A DNA stretch of 64,000 nucleotides from Candidatus Micrarchaeota archaeon (GCA_040758235.1 JBFLVW010000059.1:81-64080); one strand, 5' to 3'; shown: positions 34,166 through 44,303, numbered from the stretch's first letter. Translations and numbers: made by a program. Notes: generated from the letters alone by a model not told the origin.

Positions 34166-36604
34166 ATGCCGGAGACGATTACAAACAGGCCGATTGAAGC
34201 CGACATGAAGGAGAGCTACCTCGACTACGCCATGTCGGTCATAATCGGCCGCGCCATTCCCGACGTCCGGGACGGCCTCAAGCCAGTCCACCGGAGGGTC
34301 CTCTTCGGCATGCAGGACCTCGGCAACGTTTATGGCAAGCCCACCAAGAAAAGCGCGCGCATCGTCGGCGACGTTTTGGGCAAGTACCACCCGCACGGGG
34401 ACCTTGCCGTTTACGACGCGCTCGTCAGGATGGCCCAGCCTTTTTCGCTGCGGTATACGTTAGTTGATGGTCAAGGAAATATGGGTAGCATCGACGGGGA
34501 CTCGCCCGCCGCGATGAGGTACACCGAAGTGAGGATGGCCAAGATCACCGCGGAGATGCTCTCGGACATCGACAAGGAGACAGTCGCGTTCACAGACAAC
34601 TTCGACGGCACACTCAAGGAGCCGACGGTCCTCCCGACAAGGATTCCGAACCTCCTCATCAACGGCTCGTCCGGCATAGCGGTCGGGATGGCGACCAACA
34701 TCCCCCCGCACAACCTTTCCGAGATAATAGACGCGACCGTCGCGTTCATAGAAGGGGGGGACGAGAGCGCGATTATCAGGCTCGTGAAGGGGCCGGACTT
34801 CCCGACCGGCGGCATAATAGTAGGCAGCGGCGGCATCCTGGAAGCTTACAGGACGGGCAGGGGCGTGATTAAGCTCCGCGGCCGGGCCAGGAAGGACGAG
34901 AAGAGGAACGCGTTAATAGTCACCGAAATCCCATACCAGATAACCAAGACCGCGGTCATAGAATCCATAGTGGAGGCGGTCAGGAACAAGAAAATAGACG
35001 GGATAGGGGGCGTGCACGACCGCTCGGACAAGGAGGGGATGGAGGTCGTGATAGACCTCAAGAAGGGCGCGGACGCGGACATAGTGCTCAACCAGCTCTA
35101 CGCCCACACCCAGCTCCAGACTTCCTTCGGGATAATCAACCTGGCGATATGCGACAAGCACCCGAAGATTCTCCCGCTTTACCAGTTCATCCGCGAATTC
35201 GTCGAGTTCAGGAAGGAGGTCGTCAGGAAGAGGAGCGAGTTCGAGCTGAAGGAGGCGAAGGCCAGGGCCCATATCCTCGAAGGCCTTCGCATCGCGCTCG
35301 GTAACATAGACCCTATTGTGGAGTTCTTGAGGAAGTCCAAGGACCTCGAGGAGGCGCGCAGGGGCCTGATGGGCCGCTACAGCCTGAGCGAGCTGCAGGC
35401 AAACGCGATACTCGACATGAAGCTGTCGAGGCTTATCGCCCTCGAGCGCGAGAAAATAGAGAACGAGTACCAGGAGCTGACGAAGAAGATATCATGGCTC
35501 AACGAGGTGCTCGCGGACGTCCGCAAGATACTGGAAATCATAAAGGCCGAGCTTGCCGAGATAAAGGCGAAATACGGCGACGAGCGCAGGACGGAAGTGG
35601 TCGAGGGGGAGGACGGGGGCATAGACATGGAGTCGCTCATCCCCAACGACGACGTCGTGGTCGTAATCAGCAGCCGCGGCTACGTCAAGCGCGTCAGCCT
35701 GCAGGAATACCGCTCCCAGCACCGCGGGGGCAAGGGAGTCATCGGCACCGAGACGAAGGAGGAGGACGTCGTCCATGACGTGATAGTCACCAAAAACCAC
35801 AGCTACCTCCTTCTCTTCACCGACAAGGGCAGGGCATTCTGGCTGAAGGTGTACAGGATACCCGAAAGCGGCAGGTATTCGACCGGAAAAACGCTGGTCA
35901 GCCTCCTCGACCTCAAGGACGAAAAGATCACTTCGTGGATTTCGGTGGACCGGTTCGACACGGGCGAGTACCTCTCGATGGTCACGAAAAACGGCATCAT
36001 CAAGCGGACCGCCCTTGATAACTTCTCGAACGTGAGGAAGGTCGGGATAATCGCGATTACCCTCAGGGAAGGCGACCGGCTGGTTGAAGTAATCAAGACC
36101 GACGGGAAGCAGGACCTCGTCTTAGCCACCAAAAAAGGCCAGGCCATCCGGTTCAAGGAGGAGGAAGCGAGGGAGATAGGCCGCACCGGCCAGGGCGTCA
36201 TCGGTATCCGGTTCAAGGAGGGCACGGACGAGGTCGTTAGCATCACGGCCTGCAAAAAGCCGACGATCCTGACTGTTACCGAGAACGGGTTCGGAAAAAG
36301 GACCCACATAGAGGAATACCGCGTCCAGGGCCGCGGAGGGTCGGGCGTCATCAACATCAAGACGGAGGGCCGCAACGGCGACGTCGTCGGCATCAGGGCG
36401 GTCGAGGACGACGACGAGGTCATCGTCATGAGCTCGAAGGGCCAGGCGATACGGACATACGTGAGGGACATATCGGTCATCGGCAGGAACACCCAGGGCG
36501 TGACTATAATCAGGCTTGGCGAGGGGGAGAAAGTCGCGAGCTTCGCGGCGGTCCCTAAGGAGCAGGCCGGAGCTCAGGAGCCTGAACCCCCTAAAGCCCA
36601 ATGA
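34166..36604 (+). CDS. gyrA: DNA gyrase subunit A
   Basis: Active-site region [12 protein letters not shown] (catalytic Tyr), HPHGD motif, and a C-terminal beta-pinwheel with repeated QGRGG/GKGV motifs. Size 812 aa. Confidence 0.95.
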   Translation: MPETITNRPIEADMKESYLDYAMSVIIGRAIPDVRDGLKPVHRRVLFGMQDLGNVYGKPTKKSARIVGDVLGKYHPHGDLAVYDALVRMAQPFSLRYTLVDGQGNMGSIDGDSPAAMRYTEVRMAKITAEMLSDIDKETVAFTDNFDGTLKEPTVLPTRIPNLLINGSSGIAVGMATNIPPHNLSEIIDATVAFIEGGDESAIIRLVKGPDFPTGGIIVGSGGILEAYRTGRGVIKLRGRARKDEKRNALIVTEIPYQITKTAVIESIVEAVRNKKIDGIGGVHDRSDKEGMEVVIDLKKGADADIVLNQLYAHTQLQTSFGIINLAICDKHPKILPLYQFIREFVEFRKEVVRKRSEFELKEAKARAHILEGLRIALGNIDPIVEFLRKSKDLEEARRGLMGRYSLSELQANAILDMKLSRLIALEREKIENEYQELTKKISWLNEVLADVRKILEIIKAELAEIKAKYGDERRTEVVEGEDGGIDMESLIPNDDVVVVISSRGYVKRVSLQEYRSQHRGGKGVIGTETKEEDVVHDVIVTKNHSYLLLFTDKGRAFWLKVYRIPESGRYSTGKTLVSLLDLKDEKITSWISVDRFDTGEYLSMVTKNGIIKRTALDNFSNVRKVGIIAITLREGDRLVEVIKTDGKQDLVLATKKGQAIRFKEEEAREIGRTGQGVIGIRFKEGTDEVVSITACKKPTILTVTENGFGKRTHIEEYRVQGRGGSGVINIKTEGRNGDVVGIRAVEDDDEVIVMSSKGQAIRTYVRDISVIGRNTQGVTIIRLGEGEKVASFAAVPKEQAGAQEPEPPKAQ

Positions 36605-37583
36605 CGAGGTTCCGCCCTTCCCTTCTCGTTTTCGTGCCCATTTCCCGGCATAGCATCTCCATTTTCCCGCAAATCTCCCCAGCAAGGAAATCCTGCGCGA
36701 GGTTCACCTGGCACTGCGAGATATGAACGGGAACGAGTTCGAGTTTTCTGGTTTTTTTGGATTTTTTGTCGAGATGCACCAAAAAAATGAAGGACCAGTC
36801 GTTCCTGAGGAACGGGTCGACCGCATAGTCGTCCACGAAATCCCCGGTGTCGAAAAGAATGGGTTTCTTGCCCCAAAGCTCGATTCCCTGGAAAACGTGC
36901 GCGCTGTGGCCGTGGAATATATCGATTCCCATGTCCATCGCGTTATGGGCGAAGGAGACGTAGAGCGAATCCGGACGCTGTTTCATGTTCGGCCCCCAGT
37001 GGTCGGAGAAAACGACCAGGTCCGCACCCCTGGCCCTCGCGTCTTTTTGCGCCATTGAGATTTTTTCGAGGACTTCCGGGCGGGTGAGCGTGGGGAGGAA
37101 GTTTATGCCGGCCGCATCCGCCTTCGCGGCCCACCCCGGCTCGTTGTCAGATGCCGAAATGACGCCTATTTTGAGGCCGCCGGCATCCAGCATCGCCGGC
37201 TCTCCCGCCTTTTCCGCATTTTTTCCCGCTCCCGCATGCCGTATTCCGGCCTTATCAAGCCTCTCGAGCATGTCCAGCATCGCTTCCCTGCCGAAATCGA
37301 GCGAATGGTTGTTCGCGAGCGAAACATAATCGATGTTCGCGGCCCTGAGGGATTCGATTGCCCATGGGAGAGCCCTGAAATGGAATACTTTTTCCTCAGG
37401 TTTCCACGGCTCCCCCCTATCAGAAATGACGCACTCGAGGTTGATGAGCCGGAGGTCGGCCTTTTCCAGGACCTCCAGCGTGTCGCCCCAGAAATAGCGC
37501 GGGCCGTTCGCTTCCGCGGCCTCGTTCATCAGCCGGCCGAGCATCACATCCCCGAGGAAGGCAAGCTTCGCAACAGAACCCAT
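36591..37583 (-). CDS. CapA/PgsA-family metallophosphatase-like protein (poly-gamma-glutamate synthesis CapA domain), paralog 1
   Basis: [30 protein letters not shown], and GIRHAGAG motifs of the CapA family. Its 3-prime end overlaps the gyrA end convergently by 14 nt. Confidence 0.8.
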   Translation of the reverse strand: MGSVAKLAFLGDVMLGRLMNEAAEANGPRYFWGDTLEVLEKADLRLINLECVISDRGEPWKPEEKVFHFRALPWAIESLRAANIDYVSLANNHSLDFGREAMLDMLERLDKAGIRHAGAGKNAEKAGEPAMLDAGGLKIGVISASDNEPGWAAKADAAGINFLPTLTRPEVLEKISMAQKDARARGADLVVFSDHWGPNMKQRPDSLYVSFAHNAMDMGIDIFHGHSAHVFQGIELWGKKPILFDTGDFVDDYAVDPFLRNDWSFIFLVHLDKKSKKTRKLELVPVHISQCQVNLAQDFLAGEICGKMEMLCREMGTKTRREGRNLVIGL

Positions 37584-37587
37584 ACCC

Positions 37588-38619
37588 TCATCCCGGCTGC
37601 GGAATACGGATCTTCAGCACGCCCTCGTCCGTCACCGATTCCGTCCCCATGGCCGCGCACAGCGACTGCATTTTCTTGCATGTTTTTTCCGCGTCCGCCC
37701 CCCGTGCGAGTTTCGCCTGGCAGCGGGCGATTTTTATCGGTGTTAGGATGAGGCGCTTCGCCTTTTTTTCGGTTTCGTCTATCTCAACAATGAAAATGAA
37801 GGAGAGGTCGTTGTCCATCCCTGCATAGTCCGGGTAGTCGTCTATAAAATCGCCGGTGTCGTGCAATATGGGCTTGCCGCCCCAAAACCGGATGCCCTGG
37901 AAGATGTGGGCGCTGTGGCCGTGGAAAATGTCCGCTCCCTGGGCCATCGCCTCTTTGGCAAACCGCACGACGGTCCAGTCAGGGGACTTTATCCAGTTGG
38001 GGCCGAGATGGGCTGAAAAAACCGCGATGTCGGAGCGCGCGCGGGACTGCAGGAGCGTCCTTCCTATCTTTTCACGGACACGGCCCCAGCTGAACAGGGC
38101 GCCCGCCCACTGCCTGAGCATCGAATACCTGGAGAGCGTGATGTGGTTCACTCCTGCTTTTTCCCCGAACGCCTCCCATGCCGGCATGTTGTCGCCTGCA
38201 GCTACGAACGATATTTTAGCCCCCCGCGCTTCCAGAAGCGCGGGACGCGTGGCTTCGTCGATGTCCTTCCCTGCTCCGGCGTGCGCTATTCCCGCCCCGT
38301 CAAGCCGCTTCATGGTGTCCAAAAGGGCTTCCCTGCCGTAGTCGAGCGTGTGGTTGTTCGCAAGCGACACGCAGTCTACCCCGCCGGCGGAAAGCGCCCC
38401 TATCGCGGACGGCGGGGCCCGGAAAAGGAACATTTTCTTCTGGCCGCTCCATGGCGAGCCCTTGTCCGATACGGGGCACTCGAGGTTCGAAATCCTCAGG
38501 TCGGCCTTCTTCAGGACCCGGAGCGTGTCTCCCCAGACGTACTCCGGGCCGTGCTTCTCTATCGCCCGCCCCACCCCGTTCGCGAGCATCATGTCCCCGA
38601 GGAAGGCAACCTTCAGCAT
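37588..38619 (-). CDS. CapA-family metallophosphatase-like protein, paralog 2
   Basis: The same motif set (VAFLGDMMLAN, NLECPVSD, SLANNHTLDYG, GIAHAGAG). Tandem duplicate of the downstream gene. Confidence 0.8.
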   Translation of the reverse strand: MLKVAFLGDMMLANGVGRAIEKHGPEYVWGDTLRVLKKADLRISNLECPVSDKGSPWSGQKKMFLFRAPPSAIGALSAGGVDCVSLANNHTLDYGREALLDTMKRLDGAGIAHAGAGKDIDEATRPALLEARGAKISFVAAGDNMPAWEAFGEKAGVNHITLSRYSMLRQWAGALFSWGRVREKIGRTLLQSRARSDIAVFSAHLGPNWIKSPDWTVVRFAKEAMAQGADIFHGHSAHIFQGIRFWGGKPILHDTGDFIDDYPDYAGMDNDLSFIFIVEIDETEKKAKRLILTPIKIARCQAKLARGADAEKTCKKMQSLCAAMGTESVTDEGVLKIRIPQPG

Positions 38620-38668
38620 GAGATGGATTATGCAATAAGGCTATAAAGCTGGAGAGAAACACCAAAAC

Positions 38669-39301
38669 ATGCTCTTCTCGGACCGCTTCGACGCCGGAAG
38701 GCGGCTGGCCGCGGCGCTCGCTCCCTACAAGGGGAGGAAGGATGCTATTATTCTGGCGATTCCCCGCGGGGCCCTCCAGATAGGCAAGGTCCTTCACGAG
38801 CGGCTTGGCCTCCCGCTCGATATCATAGTGACGAAAAAAATCCCCCACCCGATGAGCGACGAGTTCGCAATCGGCGCCGTAGGTCCGGGCGGGGAGTATT
38901 TCGTGAATCCCGATGCGGCGCCAGACATCCTTCCGGAGTACATCGAATCCCAGCGCAGGCGCCTTGAGGCGGCGGTCGGGGAGAAGTATTCCCGTTACCG
39001 TGGCGGGCGGCCCAGGCCGGAGCTGAAGGGGAAGACGATAATCCTCGTGGACGACGGGATAGCCACCGGAAGCACGATTATCGCCGCGATACACGTCCTG
39101 CGGAAACAGGCGCCCGCGAAGATTGTGGTGGCGGTGCCCGTCGCCCCTCCGGACGGCTTAAGGCGCGTCGCAGAGCAGGCCGACGAGGTCGTGTGCCTCG
39201 CAACGCCCACGGACTTCATGGCCATAGGGCAGTTCTACTCCGATTTCACCCAGGTCGAGGACGAGGAAGCGATAGCCATACTCGCCGAATGCTCCGGGTG
39301 A
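38669..39301 (+). CDS. Predicted phosphoribosyltransferase (type I PRTase fold)
   Basis: PRPP-binding loop IILVDDGIATGST. About 210 aa. ATG confirmed. Confidence 0.75.
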   Translation: MLFSDRFDAGRRLAAALAPYKGRKDAIILAIPRGALQIGKVLHERLGLPLDIIVTKKIPHPMSDEFAIGAVGPGGEYFVNPDAAPDILPEYIESQRRRLEAAVGEKYSRYRGGRPRPELKGKTIILVDDGIATGSTIIAAIHVLRKQAPAKIVVAVPVAPPDGLRRVAEQADEVVCLATPTDFMAIGQFYSDFTQVEDEEAIAILAECSG

Positions 39302-39305
39302 CACA

Positions 39306-39325
39306 CTCCCAGGGCTGAAGCCCTG
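39306..39325 (+). terminator. GC-rich hairpin CCCAGGGC-TGAA-GCCCTGGG immediately after the PRTase stop
   Basis: Perfect 8-bp stem with a 4-nt loop, 5 nt after stop 39299-39301. It is not followed by a T-tract. It sits within a longer 12-nt inverted repeat (39301-39312 paired with 39427-39438). Confidence 0.35.
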
Positions 39326-39458
39326 GGCTTCTGGCTGGATGCGGAAGGCTGGAAGCCGTGTGGCACCGGATAGACCAAGGTTTCGGGTGCGCTCCTCCAA
39401 GGTATGAAGACCTAGGCTTTCGCGCACCCTGGGAGTGTGAAGTGCGGCGGACCGGTCC

Positions 39459-39497
39459 GTGCATCTGCACATTTATAAAATGTTCTATATATAGAAC
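39459..39497. promoter_or_regulatory. Promoter with two palindromes flanking a TATA box: GTGCATCTGCAC (39459-39470), TTTATAAAA (39472-39480), GTTCTATATATAGAAC (39482-39497)
   Basis: Seen directly, 12 nt upstream of ATG 39509 of the DtxR-family gene. The arrangement is typical of an autoregulated metal-repressor operator overlapping the TATA box. Confidence 0.5.
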
Positions 39498-39508
39498 TTT
39501 TGTTCCTT

Positions 39509-39901
39509 ATGCACGAGAAGACGATTCAGGATTATTGCCGCGCCATCGAGAAGATGGATTCAGGAGACGGCGCCAGGTCGGTGGACATAGCGAAAGCCCT
39601 CGCACTTTCGAAGAATACGGTCGCGCTCACGCTCCGGAAGCTTTCCGAGGGCGGGTTTGTCGAGATGGAGCGCTACGGGAGGGTGAGGCTTGCGGGGAAG
39701 GGCGCCGCGGTCGCCCGCAAGATGAACTTCAAGCACCGGGTCATCGAGGCTTTCCTTGTGGACAAGCTGGGGATGGACAGGAAGAAGGTCCATGCCGAGG
39801 CCTGCGCCATGGAGCACTGGGCGAGCGACGACATGATAGAGAGGCTTTACCGGTTCATCGGCAGGCCGAAAACCGACCCGCACGGGAGAAGGATAGCATG
39901 A
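39509..39901 (+). CDS. DtxR/MntR-family metal-dependent transcriptional repressor
   Basis: HTH region SVDIAKALALSKNTVALTLRKLSEGGFV plus the DtxR dimerisation/metal-binding region. The track start 39500 is a TTG; the ATG is at 39509. Confidence 0.8.
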   Translation: MHEKTIQDYCRAIEKMDSGDGARSVDIAKALALSKNTVALTLRKLSEGGFVEMERYGRVRLAGKGAAVARKMNFKHRVIEAFLVDKLGMDRKKVHAEACAMEHWASDDMIERLYRFIGRPKTDPHGRRIA

Positions 39902-40959
39902 TTGACCGGAACCATGCGATTGCCCTGGTCGCGCTGCTGGTCATCGGTGCCGTGATAGTCATCTCCGCTCCGCAGGCGGAGGAGGACGCCGCAGAAAACG
40001 TGACCAACATCTCCTCGCATCTCGGAACGGTCGGGGAGTATCAGACAGATGATTTTGACCCTGAGGCTTACCTGAAGGCGTGGAATTTCAACGACCTTCC
40101 CGAAGCGGAGCGCGCGAAATTCTACCGCGAAACCAGCCTTTCGGACGGCACCATGCTAAGGGAGTACTGGTTCTATGCGGAGGACGGGAAGATAGAGATA
40201 GCCCCCGGCGTGTTCTACGACGCCTGGACATACAACGGGCAGGTCCCCGCGCCCACGATAAGGGCAACCGAGGGAGACACGGTAAGGATTTATTTCACCA
40301 ACAACGGCTCGAAGCCGCACACCATGCACTTCCACGGGTTCCACGAGGCCGCAATGGACGGCTCCATGCCCGACCAGTTCGTGAACCCGGGGGAGAATTT
40401 CACATATGAATTCAAGGCGGAGCCGTTCGGCCTCCACCTCTACCACTGCCATTCCACCCCGCTCAAGGACCATATCTCCCGGGGGCTGTATGGCGTTTAC
40501 ATAGTGGACCCGAAAGGGGGAAGGGAGCCCGCGAACGAGATGATTATGCTTCTGAACGCTTTCGATACCGATTTCGACGGGGAGAACGAGGTGTACGCCG
40601 TCAATACGAGGGCGTTCTACTACAACATGCATCCGATTAAGGTGAAGAAGGGCGAGCTTGTCAGGATATACGCAGTGAACATCGTGGAAAATGACCCGAT
40701 AAATTCGCTGCACACCCATGCGAATTTCTTCTATGAGTACAGGACCGGGACGAGCATGGAGCCTAATGCATTCACGGACATAATAGAGCTCGGCCAGGCT
40801 GAGCGCTCCATCCTGGAGATGCGCTTCAATAACACGGGCCGCTACATGTTCCATGCCCACCAGACGGAGTTCACCGAGCTCGGCTGGATGGGGATGTTCT
40901 ACGTCGAGGACGATGCCGGAGAGCCTCAACCGGCCGGCTCCCACGGGGGGATGGAATGA
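39898..40959 (+). CDS. Two-domain multicopper oxidase (cupredoxin; NirK/small-laccase-like), membrane-anchored
   Basis: N-terminal TM/signal helix. Copper-ligand motifs HTMHFHG, LYHCHSTPLKDH, HTHANFF, and MFHAHQ. Its ATG overlaps the DtxR stop, and its stop overlaps the next ATG (ATGA). Confidence 0.8.
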   Translation: MIDRNHAIALVALLVIGAVIVISAPQAEEDAAENVTNISSHLGTVGEYQTDDFDPEAYLKAWNFNDLPEAERAKFYRETSLSDGTMLREYWFYAEDGKIEIAPGVFYDAWTYNGQVPAPTIRATEGDTVRIYFTNNGSKPHTMHFHGFHEAAMDGSMPDQFVNPGENFTYEFKAEPFGLHLYHCHSTPLKDHISRGLYGVYIVDPKGGREPANEMIMLLNAFDTDFDGENEVYAVNTRAFYYNMHPIKVKKGELVRIYAVNIVENDPINSLHTHANFFYEYRTGTSMEPNAFTDIIELGQAERSILEMRFNNTGRYMFHAHQTEFTELGWMGMFYVEDDAGEPQPAGSHGGME

Positions 40960-42125
40960 AGAGCGGCGAAATCATATCAGCCATCCTGCCGGTCGTTTTG
41001 CTTGCCGGCCTCATCTGGGTATTCCTGGCCTACGGGCCTCTCGGACTGCTCAGGACCGGCTTCCCTCCAGTCGAGAGCGTTTCTTTCGAAAGGGTGGTCC
41101 TCGAGCCGGACCTGATAAGAATCGAGATAATCAACGACGGCCCCGACCCGGTCACGGTATCCCAGGTCATGGTGAACGATGCCTACAACACTTTCGAGAT
41201 TGACAGGCGGACGCTTGCCCACCTCGAGAAGGCCGGGATTAGGATAGAATATCCCTGGGCCGAGGGCCTGCCGCTGACGGTCACGCTAATAACCGAAGAC
41301 GGGCTCAGGTTCGAGAAGGAGATTCCGGTCGCGACCGAGACTCCGCGCTTCGGGATGCAGCAGGCGTCCACTTTCGCCCTCCTCGGGCTCTACGTGGGCG
41401 TCATGCCGGTCTTCCTCGGCCTGCTCTGGCTCCCGTTCCTGAGAACGCTGAGCCGGCGCTGGTATGATTTCTTCCTTTCCCTGACCGTGGGGCTCCTCCT
41501 GTTCCTTGCAGTCGACACGTTTGAAGGGGCATTCGAGCTTGCAGGCGAGGTCGCAGCCTCATTCCAGGGCGTTGTGCTCGTTCCGATTGGATTTTTCATC
41601 GCCCTTCTTTCCCTTATGGCATTCGGGGAGAAGGGGCCGATAGACGTCACCAAAAAAGGGGTGACGGAGCATGCGCTCAGGCTCTCCTACATGATAGCCC
41701 TCGGCATCGGCATCCACAACCTCGGAGAAGGGCTTGCGATAGGCAGCGCCTACGCAGTGGGCGAGATAGCGCTCGGCTCGCTCCTCGTGATAGGGTTCAT
41801 GATGCACAACCTCACCGAGGGCATCGCCATCATCGCCCCGATTGCGAAGCACCGCTGGCAGGACGAGATAAGGCACCTGCTCATGCTGGGCCTGATAGCA
41901 GGCGCTCCGACCATAGCCGGTGCGTGGATTGGCGGGTTCGCCTTCTCGAACCTGTGGTCCCTCGTATTCCTTTCTCTGGGAGCGGGGGCCATAGTGTACG
42001 TGGTGATAGAGATAACGAAGCACATGAAAAAAGAGGGCGAGGGGACGATATTCACATTCACAAACGTCCTTGGATTCCTTGCGGGGATGATGATAATGTA
42101 CGTAACGGGGCTGTTCGTTTTTTGA
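40956..42125 (+). CDS. ZIP-family metal cation transporter with an N-terminal extracytoplasmic domain
   Basis: ZIP signature HNLGEGLAIGSAY and HNLTEGIAIIAP in TM helices. About 110-aa N-terminal domain after the signal anchor. Confidence 0.8.
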   Translation: MKSGEIISAILPVVLLAGLIWVFLAYGPLGLLRTGFPPVESVSFERVVLEPDLIRIEIINDGPDPVTVSQVMVNDAYNTFEIDRRTLAHLEKAGIRIEYPWAEGLPLTVTLITEDGLRFEKEIPVATETPRFGMQQASTFALLGLYVGVMPVFLGLLWLPFLRTLSRRWYDFFLSLTVGLLLFLAVDTFEGAFELAGEVAASFQGVVLVPIGFFIALLSLMAFGEKGPIDVTKKGVTEHALRLSYMIALGIGIHNLGEGLAIGSAYAVGEIALGSLLVIGFMMHNLTEGIAIIAPIAKHRWQDEIRHLLMLGLIAGAPTIAGAWIGGFAFSNLWSLVFLSLGAGAIVYVVIEITKHMKKEGEGTIFTFTNVLGFLAGMMIMYVTGLFVF

Positions 42126-42135
42126 GGTTCGACCC

Positions 42136-42495
42136 ATGAAGCTCGCGGCGATTCTCCTGATGGTGGCGCTGGCTGCAGGATGCACCGGACAGGCAACCCA
42201 AGGCAACGCTGTAGAGATAACTTCGTCCGGATTCAACCCGAAGATTCTCAAGATAAATGCGGGCGAAGCCGTAACTTTCACCAATAAGGACACCAAAACG
42301 CACTGGCCGGCTTCTGCGGTGCACCCGACGCATTCCGAATATCCTGAGGGCGGCGGCTGCATAGGAAGCGCCTTCGACGCATGCGGCCCGCTGAAGACAG
42401 GAGAAAGCTATTCCTTCACGTTCAACGAAAGGGGCGAGTGGCATTACCACGACCACCTCAATTCGGGGCTTACGGGAACCATCATAGTCGAGTGA
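42136..42495 (+). CDS. Small cupredoxin-like lipoprotein (119 aa)
   Basis: Lipobox LAAGC. Candidate copper ligands H..C..H (THWPASAVHPTHSEY...GGGCIGSAF...HYHDH). Plastocyanin-like size. Confidence 0.55.
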   Translation: MKLAAILLMVALAAGCTGQATQGNAVEITSSGFNPKILKINAGEAVTFTNKDTKTHWPASAVHPTHSEYPEGGGCIGSAFDACGPLKTGESYSFTFNERGEWHYHDHLNSGLTGTIIVE

Positions 42496-42499
42496 AAAA

Positions 42500-43765
42500 A
42501 TGCTCAAGGGACTCAGCGAAGCCATAGATGCAGCGAGGCACATCGCGGACAGGAGATTCTGGGCCTTTTTCGGGACCGGCCTCATAGTCAGCGTAGCTTA
42601 CATGGACCCGGGAAACTGGGGGACGTCCATCAGCAGCGGCGCGTCGTTCAATTACGATTTGCTGTGGGTCGTATGGCTCTCGAGCGCCATGGCCATGCTG
42701 TTCCAGTATCTCTCCGGAAAGATGGGAATAGCCGGCCATACGGTTGCGGGCGCGGTCCGCTCGGCATGGAAAAGCAAGGCGACCGTGTTTCTGTACTGGC
42801 TGCTTGCCGAGATAGCGATACTCGCGACCGACCTCGCCGAGTTCCTCGGAATCGTTGTGGCCCTGAACCTGCTTTTCGGAATCCCGATGCTTTTTGGGAC
42901 CTTCCTCGCAATCGGGGATGTCCTCCTGCTGCTCTTCCTGACAAACAGGAAGTTCAGGACGCTGGAATACGCGTTCATTCTTTTCGTGTCGGTAATCGGC
43001 ATAGGATACGTCTATGAGCTGTTCATAACGCGCCCGGATGTGGGCCTTCTTGCGGCAGGCTCGGTAACGCCCAAACTCAGCGTCGAGACAGTGCTTTTGG
43101 CCGTCGGCATAATAGGAGCGACGGTCATGCCCCACGCGCTCTTCGTGCATTCCTGGCTCATGAAGAACAAGATGGATGAGAACGGCAGGAGCGTGGATAG
43201 GAAAACGGCCCTCAAATACCACATCGCAGACAACATCATGTCGCTTTCTGTCGCGGGCATTATCAACGCCGCGATATTGATTATGGCGGCCGCGGCGTTT
43301 TACAATTCCGGGTTCGATGTCGCGACGATAGACGAGGCGTACCGCACGCTCACGCCGCTTTTCGGGCCTCTCGCGTCCACCGTCTTCGCGGTTGCGCTTC
43401 TTTCCGCAGGGATATCATCGTCCATCACAGGCACGCTCGCAGGGCAGAGCATAATGGAGAGCCTCACGGATTTCAGGCTCAGCCCCGCCATGCGGAGAGT
43501 GATAACGAGGGGGATAAACGTGATACCGCTGCTCATCGCAATCCTCCTCGGCATCGAGCCCCTCCAGATACTTGTGTACAGCCAGGTCGCGCTCAGCATG
43601 CTCATCCCCCTGCCGCTCGTTCCTCTGATATGGTTCAGCTCGGACCGGAAGCTCATGGGGGAGCTCGCGAACAGGAAAATAACGACGCTCGTCGCGTGCG
43701 TGTTCGCCCTGGTCATCCTCGCATTCAACGCTTACCTTCTATACTCGGCCTTTTTCGGCGGCTGA
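42500..43765 (+). CDS. mntH: NRAMP-family divalent metal (Mn2+/Fe2+) transporter
   Basis: NRAMP motif MDPGNWGTSI, with 11-12 TM helices. Size 421 aa. Confidence 0.9.
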   Translation: MLKGLSEAIDAARHIADRRFWAFFGTGLIVSVAYMDPGNWGTSISSGASFNYDLLWVVWLSSAMAMLFQYLSGKMGIAGHTVAGAVRSAWKSKATVFLYWLLAEIAILATDLAEFLGIVVALNLLFGIPMLFGTFLAIGDVLLLLFLTNRKFRTLEYAFILFVSVIGIGYVYELFITRPDVGLLAAGSVTPKLSVETVLLAVGIIGATVMPHALFVHSWLMKNKMDENGRSVDRKTALKYHIADNIMSLSVAGIINAAILIMAAAAFYNSGFDVATIDEAYRTLTPLFGPLASTVFAVALLSAGISSSITGTLAGQSIMESLTDFRLSPAMRRVITRGINVIPLLIAILLGIEPLQILVYSQVALSMLIPLPLVPLIWFSSDRKLMGELANRKITTLVACVFALVILAFNAYLLYSAFFGG

Positions 43766-44272
43766 GCCGGCCGGCCCCTCGATTGCACGCGCCTTTTCGA
43801 GCAAAAACGGGATGCATTCCTCCATTTTCCCCGGCTTCGCGTTCCATTCCTTCACTATTTTCTTGTATTCGTCGAGTTCGCGGACAAGGGGATTTTTGGG
43901 TATGTCAGGGCCTTTAAGCCTGAAAATGAGCTGGGAGGGCAGGGGGCAGAATCGGGTGTTCAGCCGCTCGCTCAGCTGGTAGGGGTATCTCCTGCATGAG
44001 AGGGGGGCATGCTCATGGATTGTGCATAGGTTGTCCTTTCCCAAAAATATGCAGGGGTGGGATTTGAACCCGAGAAGGTAGACCCAGCCGTCATCTTTTA
44101 TGTCGAGCGTGGTGTCCGGATCGTATGAGAGGAGGCGGGCCTGGTGGAGCTGTGCGAAATCCGAGAAGTGGCGCCCAGTCGCCCGCGAGGCGCGCAGGAT
44201 GTCGAAGGCCGTGACCGTGATGATGTAGCTCTTGCAGCAGTGCGCCGGGCAGAGCGAGCATGGGTTTACCAT
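43739..44272 (-). CDS. YkgJ-family CxxCxxCC zinc/iron-chelating domain protein
   Basis: N-terminal CSLCPAHCC cluster plus downstream Cys/His (HPCIFLGKDNLCTIHEH). Confidence 0.7.
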   Translation of the reverse strand: MVNPCSLCPAHCCKSYIITVTAFDILRASRATGRHFSDFAQLHQARLLSYDPDTTLDIKDDGWVYLLGFKSHPCIFLGKDNLCTIHEHAPLSCRRYPYQLSERLNTRFCPLPSQLIFRLKGPDIPKNPLVRELDEYKKIVKEWNAKPGKMEECIPFLLEKARAIEGPAGSAAEKGRV

Positions 44273-44303
44273 CGGTATATTCTACCAGCTCCCGGATAAA
44301 AAA

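Noticed and set aside
38480-38500. GGTTCGAAATCC T-loop-like string
   Set aside because: No complementary stem partners. It is inside the CapA-family CDS.
44055-44080. GGGATTTGAACCC on the plus strand (GGGTTCAAATCCC on the minus strand), a tRNA T-loop look-alike
   Set aside because: The flanking sequence gives only 3 bp of T-stem and no acceptor, D or anticodon arms. It lies inside the well-supported CxxCxxCC protein CDS, where it encodes GFKSHPC.
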